A DNA stretch of 39,863 bases, taken from IMG/VR virus record IMGVR_UViG_3300045988_016972, one strand, 5' to 3'. The position numbers were made by a program, and so were the translations under genes. Below the pieces are notes generated by a model. That model had not been told where the DNA came from and ran no database searches. It was given only the letters and a program-made list of their open reading frames with translations. Of this stretch, positions 19,234 through 28,098 are shown in pieces (the first letter of the stretch is position 1; every line of letters starts with the position of its first letter). Source of the stretch: a virus.

Positions 19234-19751
19234 CGGAACACCTCCTTTACGATTTCGCCAAGCCGCAACTCCAACTCCTTTACGGCGTTATACATGGGCA
19301 TATTGGCCGGATTACCATGTGTAAGAACAAGCGTTCCCTTTTCTCTCTCGCCTACAACGGTTCCGTTTGTTCCGGGATCTCCGTAATAGCCCCATGTTGT
19401 CTGCTTTCCGTGTCCTTGGCCATATTCGCCGCGCGTCATTCCCAAATCCCTTGCTTCCGGGTGATTATCTGGGTATGTGACACCTGTTCCGAATTCAATA
19501 AATAAGACCGTGCCGCCAACGGCGACAACGACCTTTATTTTTCCTCGATCTTCAACAGACACGGTCACATCGTTTGTGCCGTCGTATTCGGCATCCGCAA
19601 AGCCTGCGCTTGCTACTTCGTATCCCTCTTGCGCAAGGCGTTCCAAAAGCCTTGTACAGCCGTTTTTTAGCCATTCTCGGTATTCCCGCACGGAATCAAT
19701 CATCTGCTGTACGCCGGATGGAGAGAGGGCGGTAACAACCTTGTGCTTCAC
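19230..19751 (-). CDS. HK97 gp10-like head-tail joining protein
   Basis: Position in the module. The N-terminal helical part is followed by ...FIEFGTGV..., which is typical of the gp10 family. Confidence 0.55.
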   Translation of the reverse strand: MKHKVVTALSPSGVQQMIDSVREYREWLKNGCTRLLERLAQEGYEVASAGFADAEYDGTNDVTVSVEDRGKIKVVVAVGGTVLFIEFGTGVTYPDNHPEARDLGMTRGEYGQGHGKQTTWGYYGDPGTNGTVVGEREKGTLVLTHGNPANMPMYNAVKELELRLGEIVKEVFR

Positions 19752-20119
19752 GACACATTCACCTTGCTTATGGCAATAGAGATGGAATTCAGAGACTTGG
19801 CCACACGCTTTACGATGTAGTCATAAATCGGTTTTCCATCGTCATATTCCGGAGCTTTGTCCACAAACAGGACGGTATCTTCTGTGATGGGGCAATTTAT
19901 ATCATCCGTGACGATAACTTTGTCATAAGACACGAATTGACCAAATTGCTCCACTTGCGCGGCGCCGGATGCCGGAGAGATATTGGCTCGCATTTTTACT
20001 GCGTCCTTGTATTTCACAGACATTTGCCCGGTTTCGTAACCGTCATCGGACACATTCATGGTTTTCCCGTCATACAGGAGATACCAAAACTCGGTTTTAT
20101 TCCGATCCATACATCTCAT
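19748..20119 (-). CDS. Head closure/head-tail adaptor protein
   Basis: Position and size (123 aa), with overlapping start and stop codons on both neighbours. Confidence 0.5.
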   Translation of the reverse strand: MRCMDRNKTEFWYLLYDGKTMNVSDDGYETGQMSVKYKDAVKMRANISPASGAAQVEQFGQFVSYDKVIVTDDINCPITEDTVLFVDKAPEYDDGKPIYDYIVKRVAKSLNSISIAISKVNVS

Positions 20120-20427
20120 TTCACCACCCCCGCATAAGGGACAATGTCACGATAAAGAGAGGGTGGAACATCGCCGTCCTCATAGGAACGAGAGATTCCA
20201 TTTTCGCTATGCGCCGTCTCGCCCTCAGCTCCCCGCTTATTCAGCAGGTATGCGGCGATTTCTACTTGTGTCATGTGATACCGCTCGGGGATTCCCTTGA
20301 TTGTGTCATCAAACGGATACAGCTTGCGCAACACCTTGTTTTCGGCAATAGCAAGGTAGGCGGAAAGCACATCCCCTTGCTGGCCTGTCATCGTAGACAA
20401 CAGGACGATTTTTTCGTCTTCAGTCAT
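20116..20427 (-). CDS. gp6-like head-tail connector protein
   Basis: 103 aa, directly after the capsid gene. It contains ...LSAYLAIAENKVLRKLYPF..., typical of the connector (QLRG) family layout. Confidence 0.55.
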   Translation of the reverse strand: MTEDEKIVLLSTMTGQQGDVLSAYLAIAENKVLRKLYPFDDTIKGIPERYHMTQVEIAAYLLNKRGAEGETAHSENGISRSYEDGDVPPSLYRDIVPYAGVVK

Positions 20428-20443
20428 GCTTTCCGCCTCCTTA

Positions 20444-21469
20444 TTAGGCCGTAACAGCCTTTGTGTTCACAGGGTTGCTGGCATCGTTAGCAATAAACAC
20501 GCTGCGGCTATAGGTGGGCGCAGTGAAATCGGTAGAAATACCGGTGAACTTGCCGTGATACCATTCGGGGCCGTGGTCAAGGCCGACCTGGCCGAACAGC
20601 TGGTACTTCTCACCAGCGCCGGTCTTGGACAGCTGCTCCAGGAAGAAATTGCCCTTGCCGGGGACAGGCTGGTACACAGGGGCGATAACATCCAGATTCA
20701 GCAGCAGAGCGGTGCCAGCGGGCAGGCACTCGCCAAGATACAGGTAAACAACGCCCAAAGGAGTGACCACGCTGGACAGGGCAATGCCGTTGATCTCTCG
20801 GGCAACAGGGACAACGGTCAGACCGTTCTGCACGGCATCGGCATTGATCTGGAACATGGTCACGGCATCGCACCACAGAGCCAAACCGTTGGTGGGAGCG
20901 TTTGCACCGTAAATCTTCTTCACCATGTCAGCCACATCCCACAAGCCCAGAGGCTTGGATGCCATAGCGGTAACATTGGTAGTGATAGCGGTGGTAAGGC
21001 CTCTGGTCTTGTTGATCTTGGAATCGTCCGTAGCCTTGTTGTATGCGCCCTGGATGAAAGTAAACTCCATATCACGGGCGATCTTCTGAATCTTTGCGCC
21101 CACCTGGAAATCCAGCTCATTGATGGGGTTGGCCTGCTGATTCTCGACATTTACGCCGGACAGAGTGCCCATGTTGGACATCTTGGCGTAGGAAATACCA
21201 ACGGTCTCCTGGAAAATCTGCGTGACATTGGTTTTCTGGGTGCGTGTCACCACGGAAGCATCCGGAGCGGTCAGAGACGCAGTCTCGCTGATAGCGGGCT
21301 GAGCACCGCCAGCGGAGCTATATTCCTGCCCGGTGACAAACTCCACATGATTGGTGGTCTTTGCTCTGCTTCCGATGATGGAAGAAAGAGGGGTACGGGC
21401 GTTGCCCTTGTTAAAGAGCATACCGGAGTAATTCAGCACTCCGAAGCTGGTAGCAAAAGTATCTGCCAT
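20444..21469 (-). CDS. Major capsid protein (HK97-fold type)
   Basis: 341 aa, following the scaffold gene, with composition and position typical of a capsid protein. Confidence 0.8.
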   Translation of the reverse strand: MADTFATSFGVLNYSGMLFNKGNARTPLSSIIGSRAKTTNHVEFVTGQEYSSAGGAQPAISETASLTAPDASVVTRTQKTNVTQIFQETVGISYAKMSNMGTLSGVNVENQQANPINELDFQVGAKIQKIARDMEFTFIQGAYNKATDDSKINKTRGLTTAITTNVTAMASKPLGLWDVADMVKKIYGANAPTNGLALWCDAVTMFQINADAVQNGLTVVPVAREINGIALSSVVTPLGVVYLYLGECLPAGTALLLNLDVIAPVYQPVPGKGNFFLEQLSKTGAGEKYQLFGQVGLDHGPEWYHGKFTGISTDFTAPTYSRSVFIANDASNPVNTKAVTA

Positions 21470-21485
21470 TTTGATTCATTCTCCT

Positions 21486-22058
21486 TTACTGTGTATTGTT
21501 GTCCTGATTCATAAGGCGGGTATAGTACGCCGCCTCCGCAAAATTGCCGGTGCTTTGCGCATCGGCAGCCTTTTTGGAAAAGTCTGCACCATTCGACCCG
21601 GCTCCGGCTTTGGGCTTGGGTGTGCCCTGCATTGCACTGGCCTTTACCTGCTTTGCATAAGCCTCAAGAAAGGTCTGCTGGTTTGCAAACACCTTGTCGG
21701 TGTCTCCGTCAGCCATCGCCTTTGCGGTGTCCGCCGCAAGCTTTTCATCATAGCCCTGTGCGATGAACTTGGCCGTGAACTGCGAAACGGTCTTATCCCG
21801 CCGCAGCTCGTCAAGCTCCTTCTGCATAGCGGCAATGTCCTCCGCCTGCTGCTGCTTCTTCTGCTCATCCTCGGAAAGAAGCTCGTTGTGCTTCTTCTTC
21901 CAAGCAGCGGCCTCGGAATTCGCCTTAGAAACTGCCGCTTTCTGCTTTTCCAGCTCTGCGGCGTTATCCTCATACTCGAACGCTTCCAGAGCTTTCAGCT
22001 TGTCATCCAAAGACATTTCCGCATAGCCCTTGATCTTGCTGGTGTCGATTTTTGCCAT
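21486..22058 (-). CDS. Scaffolding protein
   Basis: 190 aa, highly charged with Ala/Lys/Glu-rich coiled coil, lying between the portal and capsid genes. Confidence 0.75.
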   Translation of the reverse strand: MAKIDTSKIKGYAEMSLDDKLKALEAFEYEDNAAELEKQKAAVSKANSEAAAWKKKHNELLSEDEQKKQQQAEDIAAMQKELDELRRDKTVSQFTAKFIAQGYDEKLAADTAKAMADGDTDKVFANQQTFLEAYAKQVKASAMQGTPKPKAGAGSNGADFSKKAADAQSTGNFAEAAYYTRLMNQDNNTQ

Positions 22059-22182
22059 TTTGATTACCTCCTGCGTTTAATAAGGCTGTTCACTCAGCAC
22101 TATTTTCTGTTTTTGCGGGTTGTCTCCCGTTTGCGTTTTTAGGTCGTCCCTGACCATTTATCGCCTTGCGGCGGTTAAATCG

Positions 22183-22217
22183 AAAAATAAAAGGGGCTAC
22201 CCTTTCGGATAGCCCCT
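22183..22217 (-). terminator. Rho-independent terminator between the portal and scaffold genes
   Basis: Minus strand: AGGGGCTATCC-GAAA-GGGTAGCCCCT followed by TTTTATTTTT. Confidence 0.7.
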
Positions 22218-22273
22218 CGGCTGTCGGTCAAGCCCTTGCAAGACCCACTCAGTATTTCTTCTTTCTTCGGACT

Positions 22274-23722
22274 TCAAGCACTACGATCTTCCCGTTCTCC
22301 ACTTTCACCTCCGCTTGATTGCGGCTCTTGAGAATTTCGTTGATCGTCCGTACCATCTCCGGCGTTAATTCCATTGTTCCCTCCGTTTTCCTCCAGATAT
22401 TCCATGCTCATCTTGTACGCAAGCTGCGGGTCGCTGAACAGGCCGCAATGCGTAAACGCAAGCTGCGGCGCAATTTTACCGTTGCCCAGCATGGTAACCA
22501 GCACATTCGCCTTTTCGGAAATATTCTCATAGTTTCGACGGGTAAATCTGATTTCGATTGCGGACAGCTTCAGGGACAGACCGCTAAGGTCATTGCAAAT
22601 CCGCAAAAGCACCTTTAGGAACTCTTTTTCGGAACGCTTGAACACCAGCTCGGAATCTTTTGCTCTTGCTTCTGCCGCAGACCAGCCGTCACGCATGATG
22701 ACCGCAGAGCCGGTGTCAGAAGTGGAAGAACCTCCGTTTCTGTTGGGCATCCCGCAGATCGTCAGCACCGTATTATACAGGTTGTCCGCAAGGGTTTGTG
22801 TCTGCGTTTGATTCAGCTCCGTAACAAGGTTCTTGATCTCCGCTTTCTTCTGCGGGTCAATGTCCTCAAACTGAATTGCGCCGTCTTGCCGCAGTGCGGA
22901 ATACTGTTCCTCGGAAATACGCACATTGTGGAACAGAAGTAAGGACTGCACGAACTGCTCTACGCCGTCCATGCGGTTGGATTCCACATTGTTGATTGCA
23001 TCCAGCAGATTCAGTACGATTTCAAACGCACCAAGTCTTGCGCGGTTTGCCGGGTACTCGATGATGGGGATTCCCAAAATTTGCGGCTCACTTCTGGTGA
23101 TTTTCCATGTGTCGGTCACTTCATAGAAATGGTCTTTCGTATAACAGCTGAAAACGACTGCCCCATCTTCCATCTTGACATACTTGACCGCCATGAGGGG
23201 GGGATTGCCCAGCTGCACAGAATACACCACAAAGCAGAACCGGGGGTCTAGGGTATAAATTTCAAACGGGGCTTCGTCCTCATCTTCCGGGGTGTCCGGC
23301 ATGACCATGCGATAGGCCGTGCCGCAGATGTGGAACCAGTCCGCCAGTTCCTTATCCTTTGCCGGTTTGTCCTCGGACAAAACATAATCGTTCAGCTTTG
23401 TCACCATTTCAGCCACTTTTTCATCGGCTATCCTGCTGACATACTGTACAGGCTCTCCCATCAAATACCCGACCTTAAAGGACACAATTTCGTTTGCCCG
23501 GTTTTCAACAATCTTGTTGTTGATCTCCGGGCGCACATCCTTTACTCTCGCAAGGATGGGCTGGTCGCCTTTATAGTACCTGTATAAATATTCCATGTCC
23601 GCCCGGTTTGCGGTGTGGATAACCATTGCCTTTTGCAGGATATTTGCAATATTTCCATCGTTTACCTCGGTAACATCGGAATAAATGACCTTTCTACCAA
23701 ACATCTGTCTCAATATCATCAC
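22274..23722 (-). CDS. Portal protein (SPP1 gp6-like)
   Basis: 482 aa, immediately downstream of terL, with an acidic C-terminal tail. The N-terminal region ...YLYRYYKGDQPIL...ENRANEIVSFKVGYL is typical of SPP1-type portals. Confidence 0.85.
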   Translation of the reverse strand: MMILRQMFGRKVIYSDVTEVNDGNIANILQKAMVIHTANRADMEYLYRYYKGDQPILARVKDVRPEINNKIVENRANEIVSFKVGYLMGEPVQYVSRIADEKVAEMVTKLNDYVLSEDKPAKDKELADWFHICGTAYRMVMPDTPEDEDEAPFEIYTLDPRFCFVVYSVQLGNPPLMAVKYVKMEDGAVVFSCYTKDHFYEVTDTWKITRSEPQILGIPIIEYPANRARLGAFEIVLNLLDAINNVESNRMDGVEQFVQSLLLFHNVRISEEQYSALRQDGAIQFEDIDPQKKAEIKNLVTELNQTQTQTLADNLYNTVLTICGMPNRNGGSSTSDTGSAVIMRDGWSAAEARAKDSELVFKRSEKEFLKVLLRICNDLSGLSLKLSAIEIRFTRRNYENISEKANVLVTMLGNGKIAPQLAFTHCGLFSDPQLAYKMSMEYLEENGGNNGINAGDGTDDQRNSQEPQSSGGESGEREDRSA

Positions 23723-23725
23723 CTC

Positions 23726-25378
23726 TTAGAACGGTCTTTTGAATATCTCAATCTTGCCGCTGATACGGTTTCTGATCTCGTTTTCCAGTAGCGACAGGGA
23801 ATCGGGAGCGTCATCGTGTGCCACCTTTCCGCTTCTGACATAGGTGGTCACTTCCTGCATGAAGCCCCAGTATTGACACCCTCGCTTGTATGTGGACGGA
23901 TGCTTGAAGTAGAAATGCTTCTTGATTCCGTCCGATGCAAACTCAATTCTTGTCTGTTTGTTGGAAATCGTCCTTTTTGTCCGTATGCTGGTGTTGAATC
24001 CTGCGTTTTTTACAAGCTCCGCAACATCTCTTGCGAAATACATACCGGCGTTGTTGGATTCAAACAGTGCATCGCCCACTTTGTTGTCAATCAGGCACTT
24101 TGCGCATTCCGGCTTTGTGACCTCTGCGGGAGAATCATCGTAAACCACATCAACGATGTAGACTTCCTCTCCGTATAAAGCCGCAACAGGCATCGCCGTG
24201 CTGTCTTTTCCGCTTTCTGCGGTGTCTGCCACGGCAATAATCGCATCCGGGTCACGATCTACCGGCAGTTCAAAGAAATAGTTCAGCTCCGACTTATTGA
24301 AAAGCAGCCCCTTTGCTTCAAAGGGCTGCTGCTGAAATTCGCTTTCAAACTGTTCCGCACTCAGAAGCTCCCTCTGCTCACGGAAATAAGCGGTGGTAAA
24401 TACCTTTTTCCCCTCCCGCTCATACTCATAATTGCTTTCGTCTGTAATGGGGTCAAGGGCAGGAATTTCAATAGCTTTCCACGCCCAGCCGCCCTTTTGC
24501 GCTTCCTCCTGTAAATGCCCGATTGGGTCATACAGGGAATATCTCGTCCCGGTCGCCACAATAGGCGTGCCCTCAATGGCGCGGCCTAAAATATCTCCGG
24601 AAATTACCTCCCACTTATCATCCAGCCGTTGACGGTTTTTCGCTTCCTCTCTGCCCTCCACGCAGTCATCCAAATAAAGGACATTGGTTGCCTCCGACAA
24701 ACCCACCTGCCGTGCGTCAATCGACCGGCACATGACCGTGGGGAATCGGGATTTTGACCGCAGATTGATGATTTTCGTGTCTGCGTTGGTCTGCACCAAT
24801 GGAGCATCTGGGAACACATCGTAGAACAAGTACTCGTTCGGCGTTTGCAAATATTCCAGACAGCCGTTATAGAAGCTTCGCACAAGATCATCGCCCGTGC
24901 CTTCCATCAAAGACGATTTATCCGGGTTTCTCCCGGAAATCATGTTGATGAAATTGATTCCAAGCTGGCTTTTCCCGGCTCTTTTCGGAAGCGAAATGGT
25001 CAGCAGCCTTAATTTGCCGTCAAGAACATCTTGATACCCTTGCACAATAGGTCTTAGATACCGCCTGCGTGGAGCGTAAAACCGCTTCTCCGGCTTTCTG
25101 TCCATCTCCACATACAGCAGGAAGGTATCGAAATCATGCGGCGCGTCAAACAGCATGGATTGCTTATGCAGCGTGTAGAAATACTCCGCGTCTTTTGGGT
25201 TTCCGTTACGCAACGCTTCGGAGGTCATCTTTCGGACTTCGGAATTTAACTGGTGCGCCGCAGCAAAATCTTCCGCTTCGTACCCAATGCACAACGCCAG
25301 CAAATCCTTGTAGGCTTCCCGGTCATGCGTTTTCTCTATGCGGTTTTTGATGCTTTCCGCAATCTTCCGATAATCCAT
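23726..25378 (-). CDS. terL: Terminase large subunit
   Basis: Walker A-like LPKRAGKSQ. 550 aa, upstream of the portal gene. AGGAGGA ribosome-binding site before ATG 25378. Confidence 0.85.
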   Translation of the reverse strand: MDYRKIAESIKNRIEKTHDREAYKDLLALCIGYEAEDFAAAHQLNSEVRKMTSEALRNGNPKDAEYFYTLHKQSMLFDAPHDFDTFLLYVEMDRKPEKRFYAPRRRYLRPIVQGYQDVLDGKLRLLTISLPKRAGKSQLGINFINMISGRNPDKSSLMEGTGDDLVRSFYNGCLEYLQTPNEYLFYDVFPDAPLVQTNADTKIINLRSKSRFPTVMCRSIDARQVGLSEATNVLYLDDCVEGREEAKNRQRLDDKWEVISGDILGRAIEGTPIVATGTRYSLYDPIGHLQEEAQKGGWAWKAIEIPALDPITDESNYEYEREGKKVFTTAYFREQRELLSAEQFESEFQQQPFEAKGLLFNKSELNYFFELPVDRDPDAIIAVADTAESGKDSTAMPVAALYGEEVYIVDVVYDDSPAEVTKPECAKCLIDNKVGDALFESNNAGMYFARDVAELVKNAGFNTSIRTKRTISNKQTRIEFASDGIKKHFYFKHPSTYKRGCQYWGFMQEVTTYVRSGKVAHDDAPDSLSLLENEIRNRISGKIEIFKRPF

Positions 25379-25390
25379 TTGTCCTCCTGC

Positions 25391-25426
25391 AATAAAAAAT
25401 GGACTGCCGAAAAATCGGTAGTCCAT
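25391..25426 (-). terminator. Intrinsic terminator immediately upstream of the terL ribosome-binding site
   Basis: Minus strand: an 11-bp stem (ATGGACTACCG/CGGCAGTCCAT, one mismatch) followed by TTTTTTATT. AGGAGGA and the terL ATG follow directly. Confidence 0.65.
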
Positions 25427-25447
25427 TCTATTTGGTTTTATGCAAAG

Positions 25448-25891
25448 TTAGTTTACAAGTTCACAATCTGACCAAGAACCTGCGCTATAACAAGTCCCCT
25501 CAAATGTGATTTCGTCTCCGACTTTAATGTTTTTCAAGGCTTCCTCTTGGTCTCTCTCAAATTCGGCAAGAAATACAACGATTGTATTCCCAATCTTCTT
25601 TTCCATCGTCAGGGTAGCCCCGCCGGTCATGTTCATAAGCCCACTGGTTTCCATCCCGTTGATTGTGGCGGTTACCTCATACCGTCTGCCTTTGTATAAA
25701 TCATCTGCCACAAGCTCGTTATCCTTGTAAGCCTGATAAATCTCCTCAAAGCTTGCCGGTGTGTACTGGTCTTCTTTGGCAGGTGCCTGTTCGTCATCTT
25801 TGTTGCTGTATGCAACAGCAAGGGTAATAATTAGCAGGATGGTACATACGATTATCATTTTCTTCTGCTTGGCAGGATTCGATTTTTTCAT
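25448..25891 (-). CDS. Membrane-anchored/secreted OB-fold (tRNA_anti-like family) protein
   Basis: The N-terminal anchor is KKMIIVCTILLIITLAVAY. The C-terminal segment ...YKGRRYEVTATINGME...IKVGDEITFEGTC...CELV matches the OB-fold tRNA_anti-like pattern. Confidence 0.55.
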   Translation of the reverse strand: MKKSNPAKQKKMIIVCTILLIITLAVAYSNKDDEQAPAKEDQYTPASFEEIYQAYKDNELVADDLYKGRRYEVTATINGMETSGLMNMTGGATLTMEKKIGNTIVVFLAEFERDQEEALKNIKVGDEITFEGTCYSAGSWSDCELVN

Positions 25892-25913
25892 TTCTCTTTC
25901 CTCCCTCTATTCA

Positions 25914-26501
25914 TCAACGCCGTCTCGGAATCCCTGCGGAATCCTCGTAGTCCCACATCCGGCGGTAAAAGGTTCTGCTGCTCACATTCAGCAGTTTCAC
26001 CGCGTGAGATGTTGTAATCTCCCGTTTGTACCATTGGTCATGCACCGACTTAACAAGGCTGTCTTCAATCTCGATCGGCTTGCGGCCTTTGTACTTGCCA
26101 GCCGCTTTTGCCGCCGCTATGCCCTCTCTCTGCCGCTGCAAGGTCTGCTCCCGTTCCAGCTCTGCCATTGCACCAAACACCGTAAGCATGAACTTGCCCT
26201 GCGGCGTATTCGTATCAATGGATTCCTTCTGCGATACAAAGCCCACACCTTTTTCTGTGAGCTGCTCTACCAGCGTCAACAAGTCCCTCGTGCTTCTCGC
26301 AAAGCGGCTGATGCTTTCAACAATGACCACATCTCCCTCTCGGACGAAATCCATCATCGCTTCCAGCTGCGGCCTGCCTGTACGGCTCTTCCCGCTGGCC
26401 TTGTCAATGTAGACACGCTCAACTCCAAGGTCTTGCATAATGACCTCTTGGCGGATTGTGTTCTGCTCCTCCGTGGACACTCGAATATATCCGACTTTCA
26501 T
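25914..26501 (-). CDS. Small serine recombinase (resolvase/invertase family)
   Basis: MKVGYIRVSTEEQ carries the catalytic Ser. Also present: ...DVVIVESISRFARSTRDLL..., ...GAMAELEREQTLQRQREGI... and a C-terminal HTH (AVKLLNVSSRTFYRRM). At about 195 aa it is too short to be a large serine integrase. Confidence 0.85.
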   Translation of the reverse strand: MKVGYIRVSTEEQNTIRQEVIMQDLGVERVYIDKASGKSRTGRPQLEAMMDFVREGDVVIVESISRFARSTRDLLTLVEQLTEKGVGFVSQKESIDTNTPQGKFMLTVFGAMAELEREQTLQRQREGIAAAKAAGKYKGRKPIEIEDSLVKSVHDQWYKREITTSHAVKLLNVSSRTFYRRMWDYEDSAGIPRRR

Positions 26502-26575
26502 GTGCATCGCTCCCTTCCTTCATCTTGTAAGGACAGTGTAGCACACGCAAGCCGATGTGTCAATAGGGCATATGT

Positions 26576-26674
26576 TAAAACCCGCCTTTTATTTTTTGGC
26601 AGATTTTCTAAAACCGGCTTTTTTATTTTTGGCGGGATTTTTAAAACTCGCCTTTTGTTTTGCGTTCGCCATTC
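26576..26674. repeat. Three tandem ~33-bp direct repeats (TAAAAC-N5-CTTTT...TTTGGC...) upstream of the recombinase gene; res-like site candidate
   Basis: R1 26576-26608, R2 26609-26641, R3 26642-~26674, aligned by eye at about 26/33 identity. Each contains an AAAAC..(G)C..TTTT dyad-like core. Confidence 0.6.
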
Positions 26675-26848
26675 ACGGTTGACCCCGGCCTCGGCTCCCG
26701 CCGCATATCCCCCGGCCCCCTACACCCGGCCCAGGGTAACCCCCCGGCGGGGCTGTGCGCCGTTAGGGTGTACCGTAATGCGCATAATGCACAATGCGGC
26801 AATAAAATTATTATGCACATTTTATGGCTACAATATGCGGCAAAACTA

Positions 26849-26878
26849 TTGACACATACTCTAATGGCATAGTATAAT
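26849..26878 (+). promoter_or_regulatory. Near-consensus promoter TTGACA-18 nt-TATAAT driving the plus-strand cassette genes
   Basis: TTGACA at 26849-26854 and TATAAT at 26873-26878. Upstream direct repeats ATGCGGCAA (26794-26802, 26835-26843) and (A/T)ATGCAC motifs are candidate operators. Confidence 0.65.
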
Positions 26879-27025
26879 ATCAGCATACAAGACGAGGGCG
26901 CACCCGGCAGCCGACCAAAGCACACCGGGAACGCCCCCCAACCAGCCAACAGGCCAGCACGGAGAGTATACCACATCCGGCAGCCGTTGGCAAGAGATAA
27001 GGCCATAGGGCCGGGAGGTAATACA

Positions 27026-27655
27026 ATGTCTTACAATTTCAAAATCGGAGATCTGAAAGAAAATGCCCGTTATACTGTTTCCACTGTTGACAAGTGGGAC
27101 GGAAGCACCAAAACCGAGGAAATGACCGGGGCGAGCTTGAAGAGCTTTGTAAACGGTTGTGCCCACCTATACGACATCCACGCCGAAGAAATCAGCGAAG
27201 AGGAAAAGACCCCCAACCGCACCGCTGAGGAGATCACCGCCGATATTATAGACTTCTTCCGGGCTAACGAGGACATCTACACCGACGCAATGGAAGAGCT
27301 TGACAGCTACAACGGATATTTAGGGGATGACCGTTATTACTCAATGGATGAGCTGGACGAACTATACAGCAGCACAGAGCCAAGCGAACTATTACGCCGG
27401 GCATATTACGGGTATGATGAAGAGACATACACCACGGACAGCTCCGGCAACAAGACATACGGCGAATTCAATCCAAATCGGGAATATTTCCGGTATAACG
27501 GATACGGCAATCTTGTTTCTGCTGATTATAAAGACTATTCCGGGCAGCTCGACAATTACGCCGTTGAGAGCATGAGCGAAAACCGCTCCTATATTGACAG
27601 CATTGAGCACTCGGACGAACTCGCCGCACTGTTTGACGAATTGGAAGAGCTTTAA
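27026..27655 (+). CDS. Highly acidic, Tyr/Asp/Glu-rich protein (209 aa) of unknown function
   Basis: GGGAGG ribosome-binding site before ATG 27026. The sequence has long acidic runs (EEISEEEKT, DELDELY, ELAALFDELEEL). No family was recognised with confidence. Confidence 0.65.
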   Translation: MSYNFKIGDLKENARYTVSTVDKWDGSTKTEEMTGASLKSFVNGCAHLYDIHAEEISEEEKTPNRTAEEITADIIDFFRANEDIYTDAMEELDSYNGYLGDDRYYSMDELDELYSSTEPSELLRRAYYGYDEETYTTDSSGNKTYGEFNPNREYFRYNGYGNLVSADYKDYSGQLDNYAVESMSENRSYIDSIEHSDELAALFDELEEL

Positions 27656-27670
27656 AGGGGGGCATGGAAC

Positions 27671-27937
27671 ATGAATCTTGATGCCATCATGGCCGAACTG
27701 GCCCAGTATATCCGGATGCAGGAGGAGGCCGCCGCAATGGTGGAGAGCCTCAAGGACCAGATCAAAGAGCGCATGACCGCCGCCGGGGTGGAATCCCTGG
27801 CGGGGTCAGAACACAAGGCCACCTATAAGGCGGTTACTTCCTCCAGAGTGGACACAGCCGCCCTTAAAAAGGAGCTGCCAGAGATCGCAGCCAAATACAC
27901 CAAAACGACCACCGCCCGCCGGTTTACTTTTGCTTGA
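27671..27937 (+). CDS. Small coiled-coil protein (88 aa), unknown function
   Basis: MNLDAIMAELAQYIRMQEEAAAMVESLKDQIKERM... It is a clean ORF 13 nt after the previous stop. Confidence 0.6.
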   Translation: MNLDAIMAELAQYIRMQEEAAAMVESLKDQIKERMTAAGVESLAGSEHKATYKAVTSSRVDTAALKKELPEIAAKYTKTTTARRFTFA

Positions 27938-27962
27938 CCCGCTCCGGCGGATGTGGTACAAT
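27934..27962 (+). promoter_or_regulatory. Near-consensus extended -10 promoter TTGACC-17 nt-(TGg)TACAAT
   Basis: TTGACC at 27934-27939, TG at 27954-27955 and TACAAT at 27957-27962. Confidence 0.6.
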
Positions 27963-27985
27963 CGAGATGTAAGGAGGTGTCGCCC

Positions 27986-28054
27986 TTGATCCTGTTGTAT
28001 ATCCTGTTGCAGCCTATTCTTCTGCTTTTCGATCTGGCCAAACTCCAGAAGTGA
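27986..28054 (+). CDS. 22-aa hydrophobic peptide MILLYILLQPILLLFDLAKLQK (type I toxin-like minigene); not in the ORF track
   Basis: AAGGAGGTG lies 6 nt before TTG 27986. The minigene has its own promoter and is followed by two terminators. Confidence 0.45.
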   Translation: MILLYILLQPILLLFDLAKLQK

Positions 28055-28060
28055 CCACCG

Positions 28061-28095
28061 CCCCGCATGGCGTAAGCTGTGCGGGGTTTTCCTTT
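28061..28095 (+). terminator. Rho-independent terminator
   Basis: CCCCGCA-12 nt-TGCGGGG followed by TTTTCCTTTG. Confidence 0.75.
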
Positions 28096-28098
28096 GCT

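Noticed and set aside
25914-26501. The serine recombinase as the phage's integrase.
   Set aside because: At about 195 aa it has only the catalytic domain plus a small HTH, which is the resolvase/invertase class. It lacks the large C-terminal domain of serine integrases. A tyrosine integrase with an adjacent attP is already present.
26508-27025. An invertible promoter switch (hin/fim-like) around the consensus promoter next to the recombinase.
   Set aside because: I found only direct repeats (the 33-bp units, ATGCGGCAA and CCGGCAGCCG). No convincing inverted repeats flank the promoter. The idea is kept only as a minor possibility within the cassette finding.
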